Assembly (NCBI GenBank): GCA_963697835.1
Contig: CAVOPG010000007.1
Location: forward strand, 418,672 to 482,671
DNA: 64,000 nucleotides
DNA from: an uncultured Acidobacteriota bacterium
GTDB taxonomy: Bacteria; Acidobacteriota; Vicinamibacteria; Fen-336
Direction: 5' to 3'
In this document: positions 44,801-55,316 of the stretch, piece after piece
Layout of the letters: each line of letters begins with the position of its first letter
Numbering within the stretch: the stretch's first letter is position 1
Notes under the pieces: model-generated
Seen by the model: the letters and a program-made list of their open reading frames with translations, nothing else
Databases searched by the model: none
Told to the model about the DNA's origin: nothing
Program-made: the position numbers and the translations under genes

Positions 44801-47200
44801 TCACTCGAGCCGCAGGACGCTCGCGGGGTCGGTGCGCAGCGCGCGCCGGGCGGGGACGGCGGAGGCGAGCAGGCCCATGAGAACCGCGGCCGCGACGCTC
44901 GCGGCGAGGGTGCGCGGGTCTAGAGGACTCACCCCATGGAGCAAGCCGCGGACGAGGCCGGCCGCGACCAGCGCGCCGGGGAGACCGACCACCGCCCCGG
45001 CCACGGCCAGGGCGAGGCCCTGCCGCAGGACGAGGCCGAGCACGTCCGCCGGTCGGGCGCCGAGCGACAGGCGGACTCCGAACTCGCGGGTCCTTCGCCC
45101 GGCGAGGAGCGACACCGCGGCGTAGAGGCCGGCGAGGGCGAGGAGAACGCCGAGGGTCGAGAGGCCGGTGCCGAGCACGGCCAGCATCCAGTCCTCGTGC
45201 AGGGCTTCGGCCATGTGCCGGTGAAGCGTGGTCGTGGTGAGGACCTCGGCCCCCGGGCAGGTTTCGTGCACGAGGGCCCGGACCGCCGCCGCGAGCGCCG
45301 TGGGCTCTCCTGCCGTCTCCACGAGGAAGGCCGTGTCGCTCGACGGTCGCCGCGCGTAGGTGAGGTACACGAACGGTTCGGGGACCTCGTGGACGCGCTC
45401 GACCGGGGCGTCCTCGACGACGCCGACGATCTCGTGGTCCTCGCCGGCCACGCGCAGGTGCTGCCCGACCGCCGGCACGGAGGGGAAGACCGCGCGGGCG
45501 AGGGCGTCGCTCACCACCACGACCGGCGCCGTCTTCGAGTGCTCCCCGGGCGCGAAGAAGCGCCCGGCCTTCACGCGCGGGCCGAGGGTCTCGGCGTATC
45601 CGGGGCCCACCTGGTTGTAGCGTACGTTCCTCGTCGCGTCGCCCCGACCCGGAAGGGCCATGGGCAGCGTCGCCCCGCCGCCGTACCCCGCCATCGGCAG
45701 GCGCCGCACGTAGGTCGCGCTTCGGACGCCGGGCAGCCCGAGCGCCCGCTCCCGCAGGGCAGAGAGCGCGGTCGTCCAGCGTCCGAGGTCGCCCACCTCG
45801 TCGCCCATCGAGAGCTGCAGGACGAGGACCGGCCTCTCGCCGTCGAAGCCGCGGGAGGCCGTGCGCGAGGCGGCGAAGCTCCCGAGCAGGAGGCCCGCGG
45901 TGTTCAGCGAGACGACCGCGAGCGCGACCTGGAGGGTCACTAAAGCGGTGGGCAGGGCGGAGAGGCGGCGGGGGCTCGGCGCCTCGCCGGTCACCCGGAG
46001 CGACGGCGCGATCGCGATGCGGGAGGCCCGGAGCGCGGGCACGACACCTCCGACGAGCGTCGCGAGGGCGGCGAGCAGGCCGGCGACCACGAGAGCCCGG
46101 TCGTCGAGGCGAACGCCGTAGTCGGTGGCAAGGGGGCTCGGCGGCAGGAGCGCCGGGGCCGCCCGCACCAGGGCCTGGGCCAGGAGCAGGCCCGCCCCCG
46201 CCCCGGCGAGCGCGAGGAGCGCGGACTCCGCCAGGACCTGCCGTACGATGCGGGCCCGGCTCGCGCCGAGGGCCTGCCTCATCCCCATCTCGGTCCGCCG
46301 GGCGTCGGCGAGGCCGACGAGCAGGGTCGAGGCGTTGGCGCCGGCGATGACCAGCACGAGAAGGACGCCCGCGGCGAGGAGCAGGACGAGCGGGTCGGCG
46401 CGGCCGCTGAGCTCGTCGGCGCGCTGCGCGTGCAGGGTGCGACCGCGGCTCGCCTCCGGGAACGCGGTCGTCCAGCGCGAGCCCAGGAGCGCCAGATCGG
46501 AGGCCGCCTGCGCGAGGCTCGCCCCCGGCCGCAGGCGCGCCACGACGTCGAAGTGGCGGGCGTCGCGCCGCTCCAGGCTGGCGGGGCTGCCGTAGAACCG
46601 CGACCACGACTCGAGCGAGATCCAGACGTCGTTGACGAGGCCTCGCGCGAGGCCGTGGAAGCCGGGCGGCAGGACGCCGATCACGGTGAACGGCCGGTCG
46701 TTGAGATGGACCGCTCGTCCCACGAGAGACGGATCCGCGCCGAAGCGCGAGCGCCAGAGCCGGTCGCTCATCACGACCGCGGGGGCGGGGAGGCCCCGGT
46801 CGGCCCCGGCCCCGATCACCCGGCCGAGCGCGGCCCGGACGCCGAGGGTCTCGAAGTAGCCGTCCGACACCGCCTGCAGGAGCAGCAGCTCGAGCTCGTC
46901 GCCGCGGCGCAAGGTGGCCCCGCGGCGGTCGAACACCGCGAGTGACGCGAGCGAGGGCGAAAGTGCCTCGACGTCGCGGGCCTCCGGCCAGGACAGCCCC
47001 TCGCGGAGGCCGGTTTCGGAGCGGGTGAAGACCTCGAGGAGCCGGTCCGGCTCCGCGACTTCGAGCGGTCGCAGGACGAGTGCGTCGGCCACGCTGAAGA
47101 GCGCGCTGCCCACCCCGATGGCCAGGGCGAGCGAGCCGGCGGCCACCGCGGCGAGCACGGGGCGGCCGCGCAGGACGCGCGCGCCGTGTCGCAGGTCCAT
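44801..47200 (-). CDS. ADOP-type ABC transporter permease (MacB-like periplasmic core domain plus duplicated FtsX domains), about 799 aa, intact.
   Basis: MDLRHGARVLRGRPVLAAVAAGSLALAIGVGSALFSVADALVLRPL.... FtsX-type TM hairpins occur in both halves, and the C-terminus ...RTDPASVLRLE* is typical of the family. The start is taken at M16 of ORF 44801-47245. Confidence 0.8.
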   Translation of the reverse strand: MDLRHGARVLRGRPVLAAVAAGSLALAIGVGSALFSVADALVLRPLEVAEPDRLLEVFTRSETGLREGLSWPEARDVEALSPSLASLAVFDRRGATLRRGDELELLLLQAVSDGYFETLGVRAALGRVIGAGADRGLPAPAVVMSDRLWRSRFGADPSLVGRAVHLNDRPFTVIGVLPPGFHGLARGLVNDVWISLESWSRFYGSPASLERRDARHFDVVARLRPGASLAQAASDLALLGSRWTTAFPEASRGRTLHAQRADELSGRADPLVLLLAAGVLLVLVIAGANASTLLVGLADARRTEMGMRQALGASRARIVRQVLAESALLALAGAGAGLLLAQALVRAAPALLPPSPLATDYGVRLDDRALVVAGLLAALATLVGGVVPALRASRIAIAPSLRVTGEAPSPRRLSALPTALVTLQVALAVVSLNTAGLLLGSFAASRTASRGFDGERPVLVLQLSMGDEVGDLGRWTTALSALRERALGLPGVRSATYVRRLPMAGYGGGATLPMALPGRGDATRNVRYNQVGPGYAETLGPRVKAGRFFAPGEHSKTAPVVVVSDALARAVFPSVPAVGQHLRVAGEDHEIVGVVEDAPVERVHEVPEPFVYLTYARRPSSDTAFLVETAGEPTALAAAVRALVHETCPGAEVLTTTTLHRHMAEALHEDWMLAVLGTGLSTLGVLLALAGLYAAVSLLAGRRTREFGVRLSLGARPADVLGLVLRQGLALAVAGAVVGLPGALVAAGLVRGLLHGVSPLDPRTLAASVAAAVLMGLLASAVPARRALRTDPASVLRLE

Positions 47201-47272
47201 GATGAACGACACCCGCTCACCTCCAGTGCCGGCGGAGGGAATCACGAAGCGTGCCAGTCCGGATCGAGGGAC

Positions 47273-47286
47273 GTGAGCGCGCTCAC
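47273..47286. promoter_or_regulatory. Perfect 14-bp palindrome GTGAGCGCGCTCAC in the divergent intergenic region between the ADOP permease (start 47200) and the lytic transglycosylase (start 47312). It is a candidate operator.
   Basis: Read directly from the sequence: gtgagcg|cgctcac, self-complementary. Confidence 0.3.
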
Positions 47287-47311
47287 ATCCCCGGCAAAGG
47301 GAGTCGGGTCT

Positions 47312-48220
47312 ATGCTAGGCACCATCACCCCGCACAAGCTGACCGAGGAGGCGCCCATGAGCCGGAACGAAGAGGCCCGGAAGCCCCTGAGCTTCACCGA
47401 CCGGCGTTCGCGCGCCGCCCCCGCGGACGAAGGGTGGGAAGGCCCTGAGCCTCGCACCATCGTCATCCGCCACGGAAGCGGCTGGCAGTCCCTGGCCTTC
47501 CTCCTCCTCTGCGTCCTCTTGATGGCCGCCGTCCTCCTGGGCCACTACGTCGTGCGGGAGCTCGACCGGAAGAGCCAGGAGACCTCCGCCGCCGTGGCGA
47601 AGGCCGAGCGCAAGATGCAACAGCTCGAGTCGGGGTTCGCCTTCGAAGCCCGGCGGCGACAGCTGCTGCTCGGCATGCGCAACCACATCCTGAAGTCGAA
47701 CCCGCGGGTGAGCCTGGCCGATTCGTACCGCTACGCGGAGCTGGCCCTGGCCGCGTGCGAGAAGTACCCCGCCGTAGATCCCCTGTTCCTCCTCGCCATC
47801 GGGCTCGTCGAGAGCGGGTACGATCCGCAGGCGAGGAGCCGCGCCGACGCCCGGGGTCTCTACCAGATCTGGCCCTCGACCGGGCGGCTGCTGGCGCACT
47901 CCCTCGGCTGGACCTACGACGACGCGATCCTCTTCGACCCCGAGAAGAACACGCAGGCGGCGGCCCTCTACCTCGACGTGCTGTTCTCGACCTACAACGA
48001 CCCGCAGCTGGTCCTGGCCGAGTACAACGGCGGGCCCCTCAACGCCGGCTACCTGCGGGCCGGAGCGCCGGCGCTCGCCAGCGAGACGAAGAGCTACGTC
48101 CCGCGGGTGCTCGAGCTGCACCAGCGCCTCAAGGAGGAGTTCGAGGTGGGAGCCGTGCTCCAGCCCGAACCGGCGCGGCAGGACTCGGAGCGACAAGGGA
48201 AGACTCTCGGGGCGCGCTGA
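47312..48220 (+). CDS. Lytic transglycosylase (SLT domain) with an N-terminal TM anchor, about 302 aa, intact.
   Basis: TM segment ...WQSLAFLLLCVLLMAAVLLGHYVV.... The SLT catalytic region is ...LFLLAIGLVESGYDPQARSRADARGLYQIWPSTG...LAEYNGGP... (ES...GLMQ...AYN motif equivalents). The start could instead be the GTG at 47186. Confidence 0.75.
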   Translation: MLGTITPHKLTEEAPMSRNEEARKPLSFTDRRSRAAPADEGWEGPEPRTIVIRHGSGWQSLAFLLLCVLLMAAVLLGHYVVRELDRKSQETSAAVAKAERKMQQLESGFAFEARRRQLLLGMRNHILKSNPRVSLADSYRYAELALAACEKYPAVDPLFLLAIGLVESGYDPQARSRADARGLYQIWPSTGRLLAHSLGWTYDDAILFDPEKNTQAAALYLDVLFSTYNDPQLVLAEYNGGPLNAGYLRAGAPALASETKSYVPRVLELHQRLKEEFEVGAVLQPEPARQDSERQGKTLGAR

Positions 48221-48288
48221 TCCAGGGGCCGAGCGCCCGCATCCGGGACGGAGGCGTACCGGAAACGAACACCGTCGGCGGCGTCCCC

Positions 48289-48302
48289 CGGGGTTCGCCC
48301 CG
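48289..48302 (+). other. Stable stem-loop CGGGG-UUCG-CCCCG (5 GC pairs with a UUCG tetraloop) between the lytic transglycosylase and the HlyD gene. An outer GGGTTC/GAACCC inverted repeat offers an alternative pairing.
   Basis: cggggttcgccccg at 48289-48302, and gggttc (48291-48296) paired with gaaccc (48305-48310). Confidence 0.25.
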
Positions 48303-48340
48303 CGGAACCCGTTCGCCGTGCGCGGCTTAGCTGCCGGTCG

Positions 48341-49627
48341 GTGCCTGGCACGGGCCTTGTTCTACCTCCTCCCGTGGACATCGCCCGTCCGGACCTCCTC
48401 GAGAAGAAGAAGAGACGCCGCCTGGCGTGGGCGGCTGCCGGCTTCGTTGCCGTCGTCCTCCTCACGCTCGGCGTCTCCCGGCTCAAGCCGGCGGCGCCCA
48501 CCGTCGAGCGCGCGACCGTCGTCATCGACACCGTCAAGCGCGGCGAGATGGTGCGCGAGGTGCGCGGGATGGGGACCCTCGTCCCGGAGGAGATCCGCTG
48601 GATTCCCGCCGTCACCGAGGGGCGGGTCGAGCGCCTCGTCCTGCTGCCCGGCACGAAGGTGACGGCGGACTCGGTGATCCTCGAGCTCAGCAACCCGGAG
48701 CTCGAGATGCAGGCCCTCGATGCGGAGTCCCAGGCCCGGGCGGCCGAGGCGCGCTACACCGAGCTCAAGGTCCGCCTCGAGAGCCAGCTTCTCGACCAGA
48801 AGGCGGCGGCGGCGCGGGTGGGGGCCGAATCGAGGCAGGCCCGGCTGCGGGCGGACGCCGACGCCGAGCTGGCGAAGAACGGACTCATCGCGGCGCTGAA
48901 CCTCAAGCTGTCGCAGAGCGCGGCCGACGAGCTCGAGCACCGCGAGGGCATCGAGCAGCAGCGCCTGGGGATCGCGGGGCAGGCCATCGAGGCCCAGCTG
49001 CGCGCGCAGCAGGCCGAGGTCGACCAGCGGCGTTCGCAGGCGAGGCTGCGCCGCTCCCAGGTCGAGGCCCTGCACGTCCGCGCCGGGATCGACGGCGTGC
49101 TGCAGGTCGTGCCGGTGGAGGTGGGGCAGCGGGTGACCCCGGGACTGAACCTGGCGCGGGTGGCCCGGCCCGACCGCCTGAAGGCCGTGATCCGCGTGCC
49201 CGAGACGCAGGCCCGTGACGTGGTGCCCGGGCAGAAGGCCGTCGTCGACACGCGCAACGGTTTCGTGGCCGGCCGCGTCATCCGCGTGGACCCCGCGGTG
49301 CAGAACGGGACGGTCACCGTGGACCTGGCGCTCCTCGGCGAGCTGCCGAAGGGGGCGCGGCCCGACCTGACCGTCGACGGCACGATCGAGCTCGAGCGGC
49401 TCACGGACGCCCTTCACGTGGGGCGCCCGGCGATGGGCCAGCCCCAGAGCACGGTGGGCCTCTTCCGCCTCGTGAAGGGGACGAACGAGGCCTTGCGGGT
49501 CAGGGTGCGGCTCGGGCAGGCGTCGGTGAGCACGATCGAGGTCGTCGAGGGGCTCGAGGTCGGTGACGAGGTGATCCTGTCGGACACCTCGGCCTGGGAC
49601 TCGGCGGACCGGATCCGCCTGAATTGA
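48341..49627 (+). CDS. HlyD-family membrane fusion protein (periplasmic adaptor, MacA-like), 428 aa, intact.
   Basis: N-terminal TM anchor ...LAWAAAGFVAVVLLTLGVSRL, then a biotinyl/lipoyl-like region ...VTADSVILELSNPELEMQALDAESQ..., a long coiled coil, and beta-barrel/MP domains ...LHVRAGIDGVLQVVPVEVGQRVTPGLNLARVA.... Confidence 0.8.
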   Translation: MPGTGLVLPPPVDIARPDLLEKKKRRRLAWAAAGFVAVVLLTLGVSRLKPAAPTVERATVVIDTVKRGEMVREVRGMGTLVPEEIRWIPAVTEGRVERLVLLPGTKVTADSVILELSNPELEMQALDAESQARAAEARYTELKVRLESQLLDQKAAAARVGAESRQARLRADADAELAKNGLIAALNLKLSQSAADELEHREGIEQQRLGIAGQAIEAQLRAQQAEVDQRRSQARLRRSQVEALHVRAGIDGVLQVVPVEVGQRVTPGLNLARVARPDRLKAVIRVPETQARDVVPGQKAVVDTRNGFVAGRVIRVDPAVQNGTVTVDLALLGELPKGARPDLTVDGTIELERLTDALHVGRPAMGQPQSTVGLFRLVKGTNEALRVRVRLGQASVSTIEVVEGLEVGDEVILSDTSAWDSADRIRLN

Positions 49628-49640
49628 AGCGAGGAGCGCG

Positions 49641-50369
49641 ATGAGCGAAGCGTCACCAATGATCCGGCTCGAAGGGCTGGGCAAGGTCTTCTACACGGAC
49701 GAGGTGGAGACCCACGCCCTCTCCGACATCCACCTCGAGGTGAAGAAGGGCGAGTACGTGGCGATCTCCGGCCCCTCGGGCTGCGGAAAGTCGACGCTCC
49801 TCTCCATCCTCGGCCTCCTCGACTCGCCGACCGGGGGCTCGTACCGCCTCAACGACACCCCGGTCCAGGACCTCGGCGCGCCCCAGCGGGCACGCATCCG
49901 CAACCGGGAGATCGGGTTCATCTTCCAGAGCTTCAACCTGATCGGCGACCTGACCGTGTACGAGAACGTCGAGCTGCCGCTGACGTACCGGGGGATGAAA
50001 GGGTCGGAGCGCAAGGAACGGGCGACCCACGCCCTCGAGCGCGTGGGCATGGGCCACCGCGCGAAGCACCTCCCGAGCCAGCTCTCGGGCGGCCAGCAGC
50101 AGCGGGTGGCGGTGGCGCGCGCGCTCGTCGGCGAGCCCTCGATCCTGCTCGCCGACGAGCCGACCGGGAACCTCGACTCGCGCAACGGCGAGGCGGTGAT
50201 GGAGCTGCTCCGCGACCTGCACCGCGCCGGCTCGACCATCTGCATGGTGACCCACGACACGCGCTTCTCGCGGCACGCCGAGCGGACCGTGCACCTCTTC
50301 GACGGCCGCGTGGTGAGCGAGGAGGAGGCGGCGCAGGCGGCGGCCGAGGCGGCGGCCGGGACCGCCTGA
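49641..50369 (+). CDS. ABC transporter ATP-binding protein (MacB/LolD type), 242 aa, intact.
   Basis: Walker A GPSGCGKSTLLSILGLL, Q-loop, signature LSGGQQQRVAVARAL, Walker B ILLADEPTGNLD and H-loop MVTHD. Confidence 0.9.
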   Translation: MSEASPMIRLEGLGKVFYTDEVETHALSDIHLEVKKGEYVAISGPSGCGKSTLLSILGLLDSPTGGSYRLNDTPVQDLGAPQRARIRNREIGFIFQSFNLIGDLTVYENVELPLTYRGMKGSERKERATHALERVGMGHRAKHLPSQLSGGQQQRVAVARALVGEPSILLADEPTGNLDSRNGEAVMELLRDLHRAGSTICMVTHDTRFSRHAERTVHLFDGRVVSEEEAAQAAAEAAAGTA

Positions 50370-50373
50370 CCCG

Positions 50374-52814
50374 TTGCTCCACGACCTGCGCCACGCCGGA
50401 CGCCTCCTCCTGAAGGCGCCGGGCTTCGCGGCCCTCGCCGTCCTCACCCTCGCCCTCGGCATCGCGGCGAGCACGGCCATGTTCAGCCTCGCCGACGCGG
50501 TGGTGCTCGCCCCGCTGCCCTACGACGACCCCGCGAGCCGCGTGATGATCTGGAACCGCTGGCGCGGCTTCGACAAGACCTGGGTCAACCCGGCGGAGGC
50601 GCGGGCCTGGAAGGAGCGCTGCCCGAGCCTCGCCGACGTGGCTCACTGGCAGGTCGACCGCGCGAACCTGACCGGCGAGGGAGAGGCGCTCCGGGTCGGC
50701 GCCGGGTTCGTCTCCGCGAACACCTTCGAGGTCCTCGGAGCCCGGCCCCTGCTCGGCCGAGCGTTCACTCCCGAGGAGGACCGATTCGGAGGGCCGCGCG
50801 TCGCCGTCCTCGGGCACTCGCTCTGGCAGGGGCGGTTCGGCGGCGAGACGTCGGTCCTCGGGCGGACCGTCTCGCTGGACGGGGAGCCCCACGTCATCGT
50901 GGGAGTCATGCCACCGGGCTTCGCCCTGCCCACCGACTTCGGGGAGGACGCGGCCGAGCCGACGCAGGTCTACGTGCCGCGGGCGCCGGAGCCCGACGAG
51001 CTCATGGAGTTCGGCAGTCATGGCGACCACGGGGCGGCGCGCCTCGTGGCGGGCGCCACCGCCGCCCGCGCCACGGAAGAGCTGCGGGCGGCGATGGACC
51101 AGCTGACGGCGGAAGGACGCTACGACCGGCGCGAGCACCACCAGGCCTTCGCCGTCCCGCTGGCGGACGAGATCCTCGGCCCCCACCGGCCGGCGGTCGC
51201 GGTGGTCGGCGCGGCCTCGATCCTCCTGCTCCTCGTGGCCTGCGCCAACGTCGCGAGCCTGCTCCTCGCCCGCGCCGCCGGCCGCCAGCGCGAGCTGGCG
51301 CTGCGGGCCGCGGTCGGCGCCGGCCGGGGCCGGCTCCTGCGACAGCTGCTCGTCGAGGGTCTCGTGCTCGCGCTCCTGGCGACGGCGGTGGGCCTGCCGC
51401 TCGCCCGGGCGACGCTCCGCGCCCTGTCCTCGACGGTCGCCGCGCAGGTGCCGCGCGCGGCCGCCGCGTCGATCGACCCGCGGGCGACCGGCTTCGCGCT
51501 GCTGCTCGCGGTCTTCACCACCGTCGTCTTCGCGCTCGCTCCCGCGCTCGAGGCCCTCCGCCAGGACGTGGCGGAGACGCTGCGCGAGGGCGGGCCGCGC
51601 TCGGCCGGGGGGCGCCTCGCACCGCCGGTGGCGGCGCGCCGTGGTCGTGGCCCAGGCCGCCCTGGCCGCGCTCCTCGCCGTCGGGGCCGGCCTCATGGCC
51701 CGCAGCCTCGACGCCCTGGGCCGCATCGACATCGGATTCGAGCCGCGGGGGCTGCTCACCGCCCGGCTCGCGGTTCCCGCGGCCCGGTACCCCACGCCGG
51801 AGGACGTCGTCCGCTTCTACCGCTCGGTCGTGGACGAGGTGCGGGCGTTGCCTGGCGTGCGGCGGGCGGGCCTCCTGCGGGTGCTCCCGCTCGGCGAGTC
51901 GATCGGCGATTTCGGCATCGACGTCGAGGGCTTCGACGAGATGGCGAACGGCCCGGCCCAGGCGGACTGGCAGGTGGCCACGGAGGACACGGCGGAGACG
52001 CTCGGCGAGCGCCTGGTCCGCGGCCGCTTCCTGCAGCGCGGCGACGACGTGGACGCCCCGGACGTGCGCCGTGATCAACGAGGCGATGGCGCGACGCTTC
52101 TGGGCGGGCGCGGACCCGATCGGGCGCCGGTTCCGGATCGGCTCGCCGCAGCGGCCGTGGGTCACCGTGGTCGGGATCGCCGGCGACGTGCGCCACAACG
52201 GCATCGACGGCGTGGTCAAGGCGAAGTTCTACCGGCCGCACGCCCAGTTCCACCGCTCGCGGGGCGGCGCGACGCGCGACATGGCGATCGTGCTCAAGGC
52301 CGACGGCGACCCGCTCACCCTCGCCGACGAGTTGCGCGCCGCGGTGCGGCGCCTGGACGCGGAGGTGCCGGTCTCGCACGTGCGCACGATGACCGACGTC
52401 GTCAACTCGTCGATCACGGCGCCCCGCCTCGCCTCGCTCGTGCTCTCCCTCTTCGCGGGCGTCGCGTTCGTGCTGTGCGCGGTCGGCGTCTACGGCGTCC
52501 TCGCGTACGGCGTCGCGGAGCGGCGGCAGGAGATCGCCGTGCGCCTCGCCCTCGGGGCCCGGCCGTCGCACGTGAGGCGGCTGGTGCTCGGAGAGGGGCT
52601 CGCGTCGGTCGGCGCCGGCCTCGTGGCCGGTCTCCTGGCCGCGGCCGTCCTGGCGCGCTTCCTCCGCGGCCTGCTCCACGAGGTGGGGCCGGTGGATCCC
52701 GCGACGTACGCTGCGGTCGCGCTCGGTCTCGCGGCCGTCGCCCTCCTCGCCGGTGTCGTCCCCGCCTGGCGCGCCACCCGCACCGATCCCGCCGTCGCCC
52801 TGCGCGAAGAGTAG
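50374..52814 (+). CDS. ABC transporter permease (MacB-like periplasmic core plus FtsX domains, ADOP-like duplicated), about 813 aa; 2 apparent frameshifts (near 51630 and 52070).
   Basis: MLHDLRHAGRLLLKAPGFAALAVLTLALGIAASTAMFSLADAVVLAPLPY... (ORF 50374-52074), then ...VVAQAALAALLAVGAGLMARSL... (ORF 51641-52861), then ...INEAMARRFWAGADPIGRRFRIG...[67 protein letters not shown]...TDPAVALREE* (ORF 52071-52814). Confidence 0.75.
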
Positions 52815-52862
52815 ACCAGCTTCTCGCTCGTATTTGCGTGAGCCCGCGCGTGAGACGATGAC

Positions 52863-55316
52863 GTGCGAGCCCAGAAGGTGAGCGACCTCCTCCAGGACCT
52901 GCGCTTCGCCGTCCGACAGCTCCGTCGGAGCCCGAGCTTCACAGTCACTGCCGTCGTCTGCCTGGCTCTGGGCATCGGGGGCAACACCGCCGTCTTCAGT
53001 TTCACGAACGCCATCTTCCAGGAGCGGCCCGGGATCGCCGCGCCGGCGCGCCTGGTGTGGCTCATGGTGGAGTGGAAGGAAGGGCTCAAGTGGGGCGCCT
53101 GGTCCTACCCGGACTACCTGGACCTCCGGCGGGAGGTCCGGGTCGAAGCAGACCTCGTCGCCGAGACGCCCCAGGCGTTCTCGGTCGGTGTCGAGGGAGG
53201 CAGCCAGAGGCTCTGGGGTGCCCTCGTCTCGGGGAACTTCTTCTCGACTCTGGGCGTCGAGATGCTCCTGGGGCGAGGCTTCGAGGGTCCGGAAGGCGAA
53301 GTCCCCGGCGCCGCCGCGGTCACTGTCCTCTCCTACGGGCTCTGGCAGCGCCGTCTTGGCGGCGATCCTGGCGTCGTCGGTCGCACCGTCACCGTGAACG
53401 GCCTCCCCTTCACCGTAATCGGTGTCGCCCCCCGCGGCTACCGCAGCCCGAACGTCGGCTTCGCCCCGGAGCTGTGGGTGCCGATCACGGAGCACGAGGT
53501 GTTGGCCTCCGCGGGCAACCGCCTGGACTCCCGCGGGTGGCAATGGATCGCCTTCGTGATGGGCAGGCTGGCCCCGGACACCGGTCCCGAAGGGGCCCAG
53601 GCCGCGGCGAGGGCCGTGATGGTGCGCCTCGCCGCAATCCATCCGGACAGCAACACCGGTAAGGGCGTTCGGGTCTACCGGGAGTCCGAAGCGGCGCTCC
53701 ATCCCATGGTCCACGGCGCCTTCGTCTCCTTCCTGGGCGCGCTCTTCGCCGTGGTGGGGCTCGTTCTAATCCTGGCATCGGCGAATGTCGCGGGCCTCCT
53801 CCTGGCCCGGGCCGCGTCCCGGAGAAGGGAGATGGCCGTGCGACTCGCCCTGGGCGCCGGCCGAGGGCTCCTCGTCCGCCAGCTGCTCGTCGAGGGCCTG
53901 CTGCTCGCTCTCCTCGCGTGCGCGGTGGGAGTGCTTCTGGGAGTTTCCCTGGTGCGAGTCCTGGGCGTGGTCCAGCCCCGCATCGACCTGCCCCTCGACT
54001 TCTCGGTGCCTGGCCTCAACGTCGCGGTACTGGCCTTCACCCTCGCGGTCTCGCTCGTGACCGGCCTCGCCTTCGGCCTCGTCCCCGCCCTCGAAACCAC
54101 GCGGCTCGATCTCGTTTCCTCGCTGAAGGGCGAGACTTCGGCCAGCCACATCGGAGCTTCCGGCCTCCGCCGCGGCCTCGTCGTGGCCCAGGTCGCGCTG
54201 TCGCTCGTGCTCCTGATCGGCGCCGGCCTGGCGCTGAAGAGCCTGCGAATCGCCGGCAACATCAGGCTGGGGTTCGACCCGGATCGCCAGTTGCTGGTCC
54301 CGGTCGACCTGGGCCTCCTGCGTTACGGGCCTGAGCGCGGCGAAGCTCTGTTCGGCGCTCTCCGAGAACGCGTCCTGGCCCTTCCGGACGTCGAGGAGGC
54401 GGGTTACGCCGTCGCCGTCCCGCTGTCCGTGGTGAACCCGCAGACCCCCGTGCTCCCGCGGGGCTACGTCCTGCCACCGGGCGCCAACGAGCCCACCATC
54501 GACTACAACTTCGCGGCCACCGGCTACTTCGAGGCCATGGGGACCGCCGTCGTGCGAGGCCGGGCCTTCGACGATCGTGACGGCAAGGGGAGCCAGGCAG
54601 CCGTCGTCAACCAGGCCTTCGTGCGCCGCTTCTGGGCGGGGGCGGAGCCCATCGGCAAGAGGGTAAGGGCCCAAGGGCAGGACGTGGAGGTCGTCGGCGT
54701 CGTCGAGGACGGCAAGTACTGGAGCCTGGGGGAGGAGCCGCGACCGTATCTCTACCTGCCGATCGGAATCCAATACCGGGGCGAGCGCACCCTCCACGTA
54801 CGGACGTCCGGAAACCCGGCGGCGCTCGTTTCCGCCCTCCGGCGGGTGATCCAGTCTCTCGATCCCGACTTGCCGGTGTCCGGCATCGAGACCATGCGCC
54901 AGCACCTGCGCTTCAGCCTCTTCCCCACGCGCCTCCTGGCGGCGGCGCTCTCGAGCTTCGCGACCCTCGCTCTCCTTCTGGCGGGAGTGGGCCTCTACGG
55001 CGTGATCGCGTTCTGGGTGAGCCGGGCCACGCCCGAGATCGGCGTCCGCATGGCCCTCGGGGCGGGGCCCATGGACGTGCTCTGGCTCGTTGTTCGTCGC
55101 GCCTTGCCGCCCGTCGCCGCTGGCCTCGCATTGGGCCTCGCCGCTGCTCTCGCCCTGGCGCGGCTCGCGAGCGGTCTTCTCTACGGCGTGTCCCCGCTGG
55201 AGCCGGGAGCCTACCTGCGGGCGGTTTTCATCCTCGCCGGCGTGGCGTTCCTCGTCAGCCTCCTGCCCGCGCGGAGGGCCGCCCGGGTCGATCCCGCGGT
55301 GGCACTGCGGGCGGAA
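52863..55316 (+). CDS. ADOP-type ABC transporter permease (MacB_PCD plus duplicated FtsX), about 817 aa. There is no in-frame stop before the following MIOX remnant.
   Basis: [56 protein letters not shown]..., with FtsX hairpins in both halves. The family-typical C-terminus ...[16 protein letters not shown] is near 55316. The ORF continues in frame into the MIOX-homologous sequence. Confidence 0.75.

Noticed and set aside
44091-46607. 838-aa ORF 44091-46607(-) and other Arg-rich ORFs over the ADOP permease and 2-hydroxyacid dehydrogenase
   Set aside because: These are off-frame translations (RRRGRR... runs). The real frames (44801-47200 and 43724-44692) have family-specific motifs.
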